Source of the DNA: Burkholderiaceae bacterium
GTDB lineage: Bacteria; Pseudomonadota; Gammaproteobacteria; Burkholderiales; Burkholderiaceae
Direction: 5' to 3'
Assembly (NCBI GenBank): GCA_947450225.1
Contig: CANFUO010000003.1
Span: 1,633 to 65,632 of the forward strand
DNA: 64,000 bases
The notes beneath the pieces are model-generated. The model did not search any database. It saw nothing but the letters and a program-made list of their open reading frames with translations, and was not told the origin of the DNA. Every line of letters starts with the position of its first letter. The first letter of the stretch is position 1. Shown here piece after piece: positions 44,268 to 54,900 of this stretch. A program made the position numbers and the translations under genes.

Positions 44268-44303
44268 AAAAAAAGCCCTCAGTAAAAATTGCTGAGGGCT
44301 TTT
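44268..44303. terminator. Bidirectional intrinsic terminator between DUF1178 gene and mmsA
   Basis: Stem GCCCTCAG (44275..44282) / CTGAGGGC (44292..44299) with a 9-nt loop. Flanked by A7 upstream and T4 downstream. Lies between convergent genes. Confidence 0.8.
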
Positions 44304-44318
44304 GTATTGAGAGGAAGC

Positions 44319-45836
44319 TTATTTAATCGTTGGCATTACAAATTCGCCGCCTTTAGAAATACTCTCAGGCCAGCGTTGCATAATACTTTTTTGTTTCGTA
44401 TAAAAGCGAACGCCTTCGCGACCATAAGCGTGCATATCGCCAAATAAAGAATTTTTCCAGCCACCGAAACCATGCCAAGCCATTGGGACAGGGATTGGAA
44501 CATTAATCCCAACCATACCCACTTGAATACGGCGCGCAAATTCACGAGCGATATTACCATCACTTGTAAAGCAAGCAACACCATTACCAAACTCATGGGC
44601 ATTAATTAAATCGACAGCTTGACTAAAATTATCAAGGCGAACGCAGGACAGCACTGGACCAAAAATTTCTTCTTTATAAATCTTCATCTCTGGAGTTACA
44701 CCATCAAATAAAGTGCCACCTAACCAGAAGCCATTTTCTAAGCCTGGTACTGTAAAGCTACGTCCATCGACTAATAGTTTTGCACCTTCATCAACGCCTG
44801 CTTGGATATAGCCACTAATACGATTCTTAGCTGCAGAGGTCACAATCGGGCCCATCTCAGCGTCGAGCTCCATACCATTTTTAATCTTTAACGTTTTAGT
44901 TCTTTCAATAAGAGCTGGCATGACACGCTCAGCAGCAGAACCAACAAGAACTGCTACTGAAATCGCCATACAGCGCTCACCAGCAGAACCGTAAGCTGCA
45001 CCTACCAAAGCATCAACCGCCTTATCAATATCAGCATCAGGCATGATGACCATATGGTTTTTAGCGCCACCTAAAGCTTGAACACGCTTGCCAAAGTGAG
45101 CGCTACGCTCATAGATATAGTTAGCAATCGGCGTTGAACCTACAAAACTCAATGCTTTGACATGAGGGTTTTCAATTAGCGCATCAACAGCTTCTTTATC
45201 ACCTTGCACCACATTAAAAACACCATCAGGCAAACCTGCTTGTTTAAATAGATCTGCTAAAAATAATGATGCTGATGGATCAGTTGGACTTGGTTTGAGG
45301 ATAAAAGTATTGCCACTAGCAATAGCCATTGGATACATCCACATAGGGACCATTACAGGGAAATTAAAGGGGGTAATACCAGCAACAACACCTAGAGGTT
45401 GACGCATGGTCCAATTATCAATATTGGTAGAGACTTGTTCGGTGTATTCACCTTTGAGTAATTCTGGGATACCGCAGGCAAACTCAACAATTTCAATACC
45501 GCGAGTTACTTCGCCTTGGGCATCGGTAAATACTTTGCCGTGTTCAGCAGTAATAATTGCGGCAAGCTCATCCTGGTGTTGATTTAAAAGTTCAAGATAC
45601 TTAAACATAATACGAGCGCGTTTCAAAGGAGGAGTATCTGCCCACTTCGGAAATGCAGCTTGAGCCACAGAAACGGCATGCGCAACATCCGCTGTGCTAG
45701 CTAAGGCAACTCGGCGACTTTTTTGACCACTTGCAGGATGAAAAACATCCTGAAAACGAGGGGAAGTACCTGAAAATCGTTGACCACCAACGTAATGGAT
45801 TACATCATCAGAAGAAGTAAATGCTGCAGTTGTCAT
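44319..45836 (-). CDS. mmsA: CoA-acylating methylmalonate-semialdehyde dehydrogenase
   Basis: About 505 aa aldehyde dehydrogenase with [11 protein letters not shown] and catalytic-Cys region GERCMA, typical of MMSDH. GGAG lies 8 nt before the ATG at 45836. The ORF-track TTG start is at 45848. Confidence 0.9.
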   Translation of the reverse strand: MTTAAFTSSDDVIHYVGGQRFSGTSPRFQDVFHPASGQKSRRVALASTADVAHAVSVAQAAFPKWADTPPLKRARIMFKYLELLNQHQDELAAIITAEHGKVFTDAQGEVTRGIEIVEFACGIPELLKGEYTEQVSTNIDNWTMRQPLGVVAGITPFNFPVMVPMWMYPMAIASGNTFILKPSPTDPSASLFLADLFKQAGLPDGVFNVVQGDKEAVDALIENPHVKALSFVGSTPIANYIYERSAHFGKRVQALGGAKNHMVIMPDADIDKAVDALVGAAYGSAGERCMAISVAVLVGSAAERVMPALIERTKTLKIKNGMELDAEMGPIVTSAAKNRISGYIQAGVDEGAKLLVDGRSFTVPGLENGFWLGGTLFDGVTPEMKIYKEEIFGPVLSCVRLDNFSQAVDLINAHEFGNGVACFTSDGNIAREFARRIQVGMVGINVPIPVPMAWHGFGGWKNSLFGDMHAYGREGVRFYTKQKSIMQRWPESISKGGEFVMPTIK

Positions 45837-45981
45837 ACCAGTCTCCAAAGGGATTTGATTGAGGAATTAAGGTATTTTACATTCATGCACGAGTAATTGC
45901 CGATAATTACAGAAGTCGCAATTCTGATGAAAGGCAATTCGAGCGATAATAGAGTTTTTACAATGAATACAAAAATTTAAA

Positions 45982-46623
45982 ATGGATTTACCAGTGAATA
46001 GAGAGACGTGGCTTCAACAAGCTGTTCAGGCGCTTGACCCCATTTTTTCTGCAGTAGGATATGGGATTCCCCCGCTAAAGGTTTCATGCGGGTTTGCTGC
46101 GTCTAGCAGCCCTAGAACCACATTAGGGCAATGTTGGCCTCGGCAACGATCCAATGACATGGTGAATGAGATATTTATCTCCCCCAAGATTGATGACCCA
46201 GTTGAAGTATTAGACACACTTGTCCATGAGATTTGTCACGCTATTGATGATTGCCAATCTGGGCATGGTGCTGATTTTCAGGGGATTGCCCATGTGGTAG
46301 GTTTAGAGGGTCCCGCGCGGATGGCGATGGCAGGTCCAGCCCTCAAAATTCGGTTGATGACTATCAGTGAGAAATTAGGTTCATATCCACACCGAGCCCT
46401 TAATTTCCCACCGCCAAGACCCAGTAATGCTTCGCGCAATAAAGCAAAATGCCCGGAATGCGGCTATGAAGTTACTTTATTGAAGCGATGGGCGGATTAT
46501 GGCGCGCCAATTTGCCCCAAAGATAAAGTTAGGATGGAAGAATTTTCAAAAGAAGTGATTGAACCCACGATTGAAAACATTGATGATCAACAAAAAGAAA
46601 CGATACATAGGGCTGTGAGTTAA
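45982..46623 (+). CDS. SprT-like zinc metalloprotease-domain protein with C-terminal CxxC element
   Basis: 213 aa with HExxH motif HEICH (46225..46239) within TLVHEICHAID...GHG.DF. C-terminal KCPECGYEV...APICPKD. Function unknown. Confidence 0.6.
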   Translation: MDLPVNRETWLQQAVQALDPIFSAVGYGIPPLKVSCGFAASSSPRTTLGQCWPRQRSNDMVNEIFISPKIDDPVEVLDTLVHEICHAIDDCQSGHGADFQGIAHVVGLEGPARMAMAGPALKIRLMTISEKLGSYPHRALNFPPPRPSNASRNKAKCPECGYEVTLLKRWADYGAPICPKDKVRMEEFSKEVIEPTIENIDDQQKETIHRAVS

Positions 46624-46625
46624 AT

Positions 46626-47702
46626 ATGACGAAAAAACATGAAATTGCTGTCATTGCTGGTGATGGTATTGGTGTTGAAGTAATGCCAGAAGGTTTGAGA
46701 GCACTTGAGGCAGCTTGTAGTAAATTCAACATTCATATTCAACTCAATCATTTTGATTTTGCGAGCTGTGACTACTATGTTAAACACGGCAAAATGATGC
46801 CTGATAATTGGTTTGATTTACTCGTGGGGCAAGATGCCATTTTCTTTGGCGCAGTGGGTATGCCAAAACTGGTGCCTGACCATATTTCTTTATGGGGTAG
46901 TTTGATTCAATTTCGTAAGCGCTTTGATCAGTATGTGAATTTGAGGCCAGTCAAACTCATCCCTGGAGTACCAAGCCCACTTGCCAATCGCAAACCTGGT
47001 GATATTGATTTTTATGTGGTGCGTGAGAATACAGAAGGAGAGTACTCCAATGCTGGTGGAATCATGTTTGAAGGTACTGATCGTGAGTTTGTTCTTCAAG
47101 AAACTGTGATGACAAGAATCGGTGTAGATCGCATCCTTAAGTTTGCTTTTGAACTCGCCAATAAGCGCGAAAAGAAACATGTAACTTCCGCCACAAAATC
47201 GAATGGTATATCGATTACGATGCCGTATTGGGATAAGCGAGTAGCCCTAATGGCTGAGCAATATCCGCAAATTAAAGTGGATCAATTTCATATCGACATA
47301 TTGACTGCTTTTTTTGTACAACGCCCGAATCATTTTGATGTCGTTGTGGGCAGCAATTTATTTGGCGACATACTGTCAGATTTAGGACCAGCATGTACAG
47401 GCACAATAGGCATCGCACCTTCCGGGAATATTAATCCTGAAGGTCTTTACCCCTCTTTATTTGAACCAGTGCATGGCTCTGCACCAGATATTGCGGGCAA
47501 AGGAATTGCAAATCCGATTGGACAAATTTGGAGTGCGGCGATGATGTTAGAACATCTTGGACACGTCGATGCTTCAAATGCGATTGTTACAGCCTTTGAA
47601 AAAGTATTGGCTGCGGGGCCAAAGCATGCGCCTTTCACACCAGATATGGGCGGTACTGGGAATACTCAGGATTTTGGTAAAGTAATTGCGGCTGCAATTT
47701 AA
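46626..47702 (+). CDS. Tartrate dehydrogenase/decarboxylase-like (D-malate dehydrogenase; isopropylmalate dehydrogenase family)
   Basis: 358 aa. N-terminus IAVIAGDGIGVEV and family motif NLFGDILSDLG. Resembles TtuC-type enzymes rather than LeuB by length and N-terminus. Confidence 0.8.
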   Translation: MTKKHEIAVIAGDGIGVEVMPEGLRALEAACSKFNIHIQLNHFDFASCDYYVKHGKMMPDNWFDLLVGQDAIFFGAVGMPKLVPDHISLWGSLIQFRKRFDQYVNLRPVKLIPGVPSPLANRKPGDIDFYVVRENTEGEYSNAGGIMFEGTDREFVLQETVMTRIGVDRILKFAFELANKREKKHVTSATKSNGISITMPYWDKRVALMAEQYPQIKVDQFHIDILTAFFVQRPNHFDVVVGSNLFGDILSDLGPACTGTIGIAPSGNINPEGLYPSLFEPVHGSAPDIAGKGIANPIGQIWSAAMMLEHLGHVDASNAIVTAFEKVLAAGPKHAPFTPDMGGTGNTQDFGKVIAAAI

Positions 47703-47719
47703 AGATATCTGAACTCATC

Positions 47720-48718
47720 ATGTTGAAATACGTATCCGTTTTAGATCAATCTGCGGCCATTGAGGGAGTAAAACATGCCGACGTGATACAAAACACGATT
47801 GATTTAGCCGTTCATACTGAAGCGCTCGGATATCGTAGGTTCTGGGTCTCGGAGCATCATAGCCACCCAAGCATTATTGGAACAGCCCCAGAAATATTGA
47901 TGGCAGCGCTAACACAAAAAACGCACACAATTCGACTAGGTAGTGCAGGGGTGATGTTGCCGCATTACAGCGCATTAAAAGTCGCTGAGCAGTTCCGTGT
48001 TTTAGATAGTTTAGCTCCAGGTCGGATTGATCTTGGAGTGGGTAGAGCACCTGGAAGTGATATGAGGACAGCACAATTACTCAACCCAAATTCCCAATCA
48101 GCAGCCCACTTTCCCCAACAGGTACAAGAACTTGATTTGTGGTTACATGATGAACCTTTCCCTGTCGGACACCCAGGACGGAATGTTCAAGCATTCCCAC
48201 TGGGAGATACAACTCCTGAACTATGGATATTAGGAAGTTCGGATTATGGCGCACAGTTGGCAGCACATCTTGGGTTGCCTTATGTTTTCGCGCACTTTAT
48301 TACTGACGGTGAAGGGGCAAAGCAGGCGATTGATTTATACCGCCAACAATTCAGACCATCACCACGTTTACAGGAGCCGCAAGTGATTGCCTGTTTATGG
48401 GCATTAGCACAAGAGGACTCTGAACAGGCTTATTACCATTTCCGCAGTCGGGCGAGATGGAAAATTGATCGCCAAAGAGGAATCTTGGGGGCAATGCAAA
48501 ATCCTGACCAAGCGCTCGTTGGCCTTAATAGCCAAGATTTGGCTATCTATGAAAACATGTGTCATAAAGGCTTTGTAGGGGATGGACCTACAGTAATGCG
48601 AAAAATAAAAACACTCGCCGATGAATTGGATATTGAAGAAGTAGCTTTAATTACTTGGGCTTATAGCTTTGAGATACGAAAAAAATCATATGAAGTATTA
48701 ATAAAAGAGCTTTCATAA
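47720..48718 (+). CDS. LLM-class (luciferase-like) flavin-dependent oxidoreductase, YhbW-like
   Basis: 332 aa. Segment GYRRFWVSEHH...GSAGVMLPHYSALKVAEQFRVLDSLAPGRIDLGVGRAPG is typical of the group. Confidence 0.8.
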   Translation: MLKYVSVLDQSAAIEGVKHADVIQNTIDLAVHTEALGYRRFWVSEHHSHPSIIGTAPEILMAALTQKTHTIRLGSAGVMLPHYSALKVAEQFRVLDSLAPGRIDLGVGRAPGSDMRTAQLLNPNSQSAAHFPQQVQELDLWLHDEPFPVGHPGRNVQAFPLGDTTPELWILGSSDYGAQLAAHLGLPYVFAHFITDGEGAKQAIDLYRQQFRPSPRLQEPQVIACLWALAQEDSEQAYYHFRSRARWKIDRQRGILGAMQNPDQALVGLNSQDLAIYENMCHKGFVGDGPTVMRKIKTLADELDIEEVALITWAYSFEIRKKSYEVLIKELS

Positions 48719-48765
48719 CAATGGTTTAGAATTAGCGAATTAAACAATTATTTAATTTATACCTA

Positions 48766-49944
48766 ATGAGAATACCGCTTAAAAGAATCGCTTATGTCGC
48801 CATTGTTATAACTGCATTAGTAACAGCACTCAGCTATCAGACGTGGTATCAAGCCCGTCAACAAAAACAAAGTACCGCCCCTTCTGAAACCGCTCAGGTT
48901 CAAGTCGCGGAAGTTAATTCGGTCACTATTCAAAAACAACACATTCCATCCCAGATTGACCGAGAAGTTGATTTGATTACTGGAAACACATTGAAGCTAG
49001 ACAAGCCAGCCAATGTGAAGTCAGATGAATGGGATCATTTAAATGAAGTGATTCAAGCCAGTTGGTCAAATTACTCCACAAAAATGGGTAAACCGATGAT
49101 CAGTTGGTCTGCTGAGGAAGTGAAGTCGGATGCCCAGGAAGTTTTTTACCCTTTTTCTGGACCTGACTTCACCACCTTTTATCAAATCTATCCCAACGCG
49201 AATCACTACGTTATGACTGCGCAGCAAAGGGGTGAACGATTAGTGCACCTAGATCAATTAAGTCCAACTGCAGCCTCACAAACGATGGAAGTATTAAGTT
49301 CTGCGTGGAAAAGTTTTGGATCAGATGGCTTTTTTGTGACGGAGTATTTATATAAATACATATCGACCAATAAAGTCAAAATTGGCGCCACAACCCTGAT
49401 TGCGTCATTTGCGCATTTACACCAATTCTCGATTCAGAAAATAGTACCCATACAGATTAATTCGGATGGTGCGCTACAGGAGCTCGGGGAAGACCAATCG
49501 TGGGATTCTGTGCGGTTTTATTTAGTGAAGAATGGTAAGTCAGTTATTCTTGATTACGTCAGCATGGATTTGTCGAATGACGGCATGAAAAAGTATTCGC
49601 AAAATTTAGCATTTTTTCGCCAATCGGCAAAAGCCCCAATTTTGCTAAAGGCAGCGTCTCATTTACCCCAGCACAAGGGCTTTACGATTATTCGTGATGA
49701 AATGCTGATGAATGCGCCGATGGTGGTTCAGGATGAAACAGGACTAGACTATCGACCCTTCAATGAAAAATACAACACCGTTCTGTATGGGAATTTCGTA
49801 AAAGCCTATAAAGTATTTTCCACCTACAACACCGAGTTAGCTCGGGCGTATAAAGATCGCAATGACGAGAAGGCACTGCCGTTTCGCATTGGGTATTTTA
49901 AAGATGGGAATTACGCTTTAATTGTGGGCACAAGAAGGCAGTAA
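48766..49944 (+). CDS. Hypothetical membrane-anchored protein (no family recognised)
   Basis: 392 aa with one N-terminal TM helix (IAYVAIVITALVTALSY) and then a roughly 350-aa soluble domain. Notable segments are FYPFSGPDF, LLKAASHLPQHKGF and VVQDETGLDY. No obvious Shine-Dalgarno. Confidence 0.6.
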   Translation: MRIPLKRIAYVAIVITALVTALSYQTWYQARQQKQSTAPSETAQVQVAEVNSVTIQKQHIPSQIDREVDLITGNTLKLDKPANVKSDEWDHLNEVIQASWSNYSTKMGKPMISWSAEEVKSDAQEVFYPFSGPDFTTFYQIYPNANHYVMTAQQRGERLVHLDQLSPTAASQTMEVLSSAWKSFGSDGFFVTEYLYKYISTNKVKIGATTLIASFAHLHQFSIQKIVPIQINSDGALQELGEDQSWDSVRFYLVKNGKSVILDYVSMDLSNDGMKKYSQNLAFFRQSAKAPILLKAASHLPQHKGFTIIRDEMLMNAPMVVQDETGLDYRPFNEKYNTVLYGNFVKAYKVFSTYNTELARAYKDRNDEKALPFRIGYFKDGNYALIVGTRRQ

Positions 49945-49959
49945 TTCCCTTACCCGTCA

Positions 49960-50250
49960 TTAACGAAAGTCTCTTCGATGATGATTCCTATGGTTGTAAT
50001 AGCGATAACCATAATCTCTCTCCCTCAATTCTTGATAGTGTGGATATATCCGAACGCTAGGAACGATATTGACTTTGGGAAGATTAATGGGCGCAAAGGG
50101 ACGATAGTACTCTTTAGAGGACGCTTCCCAGCCGTGACGAGATACTTTAAAGCTTGCGCTATCTGAGGGCTTGGTACTCCAAGTTTCAGAATAAGCCACA
50201 CCGTTTAATAACATACTGAATACAACAAAAGCCTTGATGAGATGTTTCAT
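49960..50250 (-). CDS. Small secreted protein with His/Tyr/Arg-rich C-terminus
   Basis: 96 aa. AAGGAG Shine-Dalgarno 7 nt upstream of the ATG. Signal peptide MKHLIKAFVVFSMLLNGVAYS. C-terminus YPHYQELRERDYGYRYYNHRNHHRRDFR. Confidence 0.6.
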   Translation of the reverse strand: MKHLIKAFVVFSMLLNGVAYSETWSTKPSDSASFKVSRHGWEASSKEYYRPFAPINLPKVNIVPSVRIYPHYQELRERDYGYRYYNHRNHHRRDFR

Positions 50251-50319
50251 TTGAGACTCCTTTATCGATCTTCTAACCTTATTAACGGCATATCAAAGAA
50301 AAAGTTAACAGTTTTTGTC

Positions 50320-51180
50320 TTACAAATGAATTTGGAATCTTGGGGCGAGGCTTTCTAAGTTGAATTCAAGTAACAGACTCTTTAATTGCTCTAAGGCTTT
50401 TGATGAATGGAGCGGAGATGTCTTTTTACGCGCAATAATGAGTTCATTTTTCATTGAGTGTTCCCAGCCAACAAGCTCTGTAACAGTCACATCATATCCT
50501 TGTGATTCCAAGAACAAGCAGCGCAACACATTCGTTAAATGACTACCAAATTCACGTGTATGAATAGGGTATTTCCACATCGCAGAAAAATAATTATTTT
50601 TTAAAGCATGAGATTTCTTTGTTTTAAGAAGACTCGCCAACTCAGCCTGACAGCAGGGTACAAGAATAATATGAGGGGCTTGTTTATGAAGGGCGAAGGC
50701 AATGGCATCATCGGTTGCAGTATTACAAGCGTGCAGAGCTGTAACAATATCGATTTTTTCAGGAAGTTGGGGAGCTTGCAAGGACTGGGCTGAGTCGAGT
50801 TGAAAAAATGCCATTTGGTCAAAGCCAATGCGAGCGGCTAACTTTTGTGAATATTCTACTAAATCTGCCCTCATATCAATGCCAATTAATTGAAATGGAT
50901 GTTGAAGATTTTTGGCAACTAAGTCATACAACATAAAACCAAGATAAGATTTACCTGCACCGAAATCCACCAGGTTAAAAGTAGCTTGTTTCTGATCGAC
51001 TTCCAGCATGATGGGTTCAATAAACTGCACCAAATGAAAAACTTGCTTTAATTTTCGACGGCTATCTTGATTCATCTTGCCATCGCGAGTCAAGATATGT
51101 AACTCTTTTAATAACTCGGTAGATTGGCCTGGGCGGACCTCATACTTGTCAGGATGTTGATTGGATGAGGTGTTTGCCAT
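50320..51180 (-). CDS. SAM-dependent methyltransferase (Methyltransf_32-like)
   Basis: 286 aa. SAM motif I LVDFGAGKSYLG, and later LHACNTATDDAI and VPCCQAEL, as I recall for the PF13679-type family. Confidence 0.7.
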   Translation of the reverse strand: MANTSSNQHPDKYEVRPGQSTELLKELHILTRDGKMNQDSRRKLKQVFHLVQFIEPIMLEVDQKQATFNLVDFGAGKSYLGFMLYDLVAKNLQHPFQLIGIDMRADLVEYSQKLAARIGFDQMAFFQLDSAQSLQAPQLPEKIDIVTALHACNTATDDAIAFALHKQAPHIILVPCCQAELASLLKTKKSHALKNNYFSAMWKYPIHTREFGSHLTNVLRCLFLESQGYDVTVTELVGWEHSMKNELIIARKKTSPLHSSKALEQLKSLLLEFNLESLAPRFQIHL

Positions 51181-51252
51181 AAAAAGTGGAGGGGGAGAGG
51201 GATTACTGATAGGTTATTGCCACCAGAAGTCGGCAACCAAAAGTTTGATCAA

Positions 51253-51963
51253 CTAATGTAACCATGATGGAGGAGACTTTGCTTTTTTGGCAATATCCTC
51301 CATTAATTGCTGATGCTCTTCTTCCTCGTCGGGAGATGCTGAAAGAATAATTAAATCTGAAGATTTAGGTAGTTCAAAGTCAACGCCAGTTAAAGTAGTT
51401 TTCTCAGGGCCTTGTTCCATCATTAAATCATTTTGACCACGGGTCATACAAAGATAAACCTCTGCTAACAGTTTTGCATCTAATAAAGCGCCGTGGAGAG
51501 TTCGATGATCATTTTTTACCCCAAAACGATTACACAGGTCATCTAGTCTATTTCTTTTTCCGGGAAACATACGCTGCGCATCTGTAAGAGTATCGATGAC
51601 CCCACCGACTTGCGAACTGAAAGGATTGAGACCTAGACGTTTAAATTCCATGTCTAAGAATCCTAAATCGAAGGCCGCATTATGAATCACAACTTCAGCG
51701 CCATTGCTAAACGAAGCGATTGCCTCTGCGACATCTGCAAACACAGGTTGATCCTTTAAAAAATCCTCTCGAAGCCCATGAATTGCAGCGGCAGCTTCAG
51801 GCATATCTCTTTCTGGATTAATGTAGAAATGTAAATTATTACCAGTCAGGCGACGATTAATGAGTTCAATACAACCGATCTCCACAAGTCGATCGCCATT
51901 GTTGGGATGCAAACCTGTGGTTTCAGTATCGAGAATAATTTGTCGGGTATGTTTCAAGTTCAA
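51253..51963 (-). CDS. dnaQ: DNA polymerase III epsilon (proofreading) subunit
   Basis: Exo motifs QIILDTETTGL, HNAAFDLGFL and HGALLDAKLLAEVY. No ATG start is available. Candidate TTG starts are at 51963 and 51957, and an AAGGA Shine-Dalgarno overlapping the RND stop favours the latter. Confidence 0.93.
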   Translation of the reverse strand: MNLKHTRQIILDTETTGLHPNNGDRLVEIGCIELINRRLTGNNLHFYINPERDMPEAAAAIHGLREDFLKDQPVFADVAEAIASFSNGAEVVIHNAAFDLGFLDMEFKRLGLNPFSSQVGGVIDTLTDAQRMFPGKRNRLDDLCNRFGVKNDHRTLHGALLDAKLLAEVYLCMTRGQNDLMMEQGPEKTTLTGVDFELPKSSDLIILSASPDEEEEHQQLMEDIAKKAKSPPSWLH

Positions 51964-51966
51964 TCC

Positions 51967-54900
51967 TTAAACACCTTTGAGAGTTTCTTCAGAAATCTGC
52001 ATAGGACCATTGCCTGCATACTTATCCAAATAAATATAGATCACTGGAGTAATGTAGAGCGTAATCACTTGAGAAAAAACTAGACCACCGACCACAGCAA
52101 TACCTAAAGGTTGCCTTAATTCCGCACCAGCACCGAGTCCAAGGGCAATAGGGAGGGCGCCCATCATAGCAGCGAGAGTAGTCATCAAAATGGGGCGAAA
52201 GCGAACTAAGCAAGCCTCATGAATAGCTTCTTTAGCAGAAAGATTTCTAGTTCTTTTGGCGTCTAGCGCAAAGTCGATCATTAAAATCGCATTCTTTTTC
52301 ACAATACCAATTAATAGCAAAATACCAATGGTAGCAATAATCGTTAACTCCATTCCCAAGGCCTGAAGGAACAGTAAAGCACCGATAGCAGCAGATGGGA
52401 GACCCGCCAGAATAGTGAGAGGGTGAATGTAACTCTCATATAAAACACCTAAAAGAACATAAATCACACCTAAAGCGGCGATTAATAAAATAGCCTGCCC
52501 ACCTTGATTATCTTTAAATACCGCAGCATCACCGCCATAGCTTGTCAAAATCGAGCCGGGTAATTTGATGTCTTTGGTAATGTTTTCTAATTTCTTTGTC
52601 GCGTTTCCTAAAGGAACATCTGGGGCCAAATTAAAAGAAATCGTGACAGCAGGAATTTGACCTTGGTGGTTCACTGAGGTTGGTCCAATAAATCGCTTAT
52701 ATGTAGCAAGACTAGAGAGAGGAATGAGTTTGTCCACACTTCTGCCACGCACATAAATCGAGTTCAGGTCAGATTCAAATTGTTTATCTTGGGGAGTAAC
52801 CTCCAAGATGACTTGGTAGGTATTCACAGGCGTATAAATGGTTGAAATCTGTTTTTCACCATAGGCGCTATAGAGGGCCGTACGAATGTCCTGAACAGTC
52901 ACACCAGCAGACGCCGCTTTTTCTCGATCAATATCAACTTTTAAACTCAGTCCTTTTAGTTGAGAGTCGCTAGTGACGTCTCTAAAAATAGGATCTTTTT
53001 TCATTTCAGCTTGAACTTTTTCTGACCACTCATTGATACCTTCAAGGCCGACACTTTGTAAGATATATTGGTATCTACTTTTACTGGACTTACCACCTAA
53101 TTGTAGGTTTTGGATAGGGCGCATAAATACGACTAGACCAGGGATTTTTCTGAACTCTTTACGCAGTTCCTCTTGAAGTTTGCTCATCTTAAGGCGTTCG
53201 CCTTTAGGTTTTAAATTTAAAAATATACGCCCCGAATTAATACCGGTACTAGCACCGCCGCCCAAAACAGACACAAAGTTTTCTACATTCGGATTTTGAT
53301 TAATCATATCTGCAGCACGATCTTGCAATGCCAGCATGGCTTCAAAAGAAATATCTTCAGATGCCTCTGTAGTAATTAGAATTTGACCAATATCTTCTTC
53401 TGGAAAAAAGCCTTTTGGGACATAAATAAACAAAGCGATTGTAATTCCAAAAGTCGCAAAAGCCACTCCTAAAATAATCCTCTTGTGCTGGAGTGCTAAC
53501 AGGAGTGATTTTGAATATGCTTGGTATACAGCATTAAACAAGATATCAAATTTCTTGGTAATCCAATACTCTTTAGGGTGATTTGAGTGATTGGACATAT
53601 CTGGCAAAAAGCGACTACACAACATAGGTACGACGGTTAAAGAAACAACTGCAGAAACCAAAATCGACAAACTTACAACAACAGCAAACTCCCTGAAAAG
53701 CAGCCCAACTGGGCCTGGCATAAAGAAAATAGGGATAAAGACTGCAACCAGAGAAATAGAAATAGAAATAATCGTAAATCCAACCTCTTTACTCCCCTTA
53801 AGGGCAGCTTGCAAAGGCGACATACCCTCTTCTAGGTAGCGGATAATATTTTCAAGAACCACAATCGAATCATCGACCACCAGGCCAACAGCCAAAGTAA
53901 TCCCTAATAAAGAGATGTTGTCTAGGCTATAGCCCATCCAGTACATCAAGAAAAAAGCACCAATTAAAGAAATCGGCAAACTAAGTGCTGGAATGACGGT
54001 CGCTGAAACGTGTTTTAAGAATAAGAAAATAACGAGTACAACAAGGAAAATGGTGAGAAGGAGAGTGAGGTTAACATCATGAATCGCTTCTTTGATGGAT
54101 TTGGAGCGGTCATTTAATTGATTAATAGAAATGGAAGCTGGAAGTTGCGCTTGAAATTTCGGCAACATTGCTTTTACACCGTCGACCACTTTAACAGTAT
54201 TGGCATTTGGTTGTTTTTGGATTGCAAGCGTAATAGAACGCTCATTACCATAGCGACCTAATGTTCTGACATTCTCAAAAGACTCAGAAACTTCAGCAAC
54301 ATCGCCTAAACGAATCGGGAAGCCATTTCTTTGGGCAATGATTAAGTCTGAATAATCTTGCGCTTTAATCATTTGACTATTTGCATAAATAGTCAAAGAC
54401 TGTCTTGGACCCTCTAGCAGACCTACCGGAGAATTTGAATTAGCTTTATTAACGGCGGTACTAATATCATCCAGGGTTAAGTTATTAAGCGCCAGTTTTG
54501 CGGGGAGAGCCCTGACTCGAACTGCATATCTTTTTGCACCAAAGATAACAACTTGAGCAACACCCTCAATGGTTGAGAGGTTCGGTGATAGTAAATTTTC
54601 TGCATAATCATTAATCGTTGATAAGCTGAGCGATGGTGATGTCATTGTCAGATATAAAACGGGCGCATCAGCGGGATTAACTTTTCTATACGATGGAGGG
54701 ATGGTCATCTCAATCGGTAAGCGCCTTTGCGCACGCAATAAAGCTGCTTGAACGTCAACCGCAGCTTTATCAATATCTTTTTCATTACTAAACTCAAGGG
54801 TAACACTCGTTGTACCTAGGAAATTCGTGGAGCTGATGACATTGATACCATCAATCGTAGAAAACTCTTTTTCTAAAGGCAGGGCAACGCTGGACGCCAT

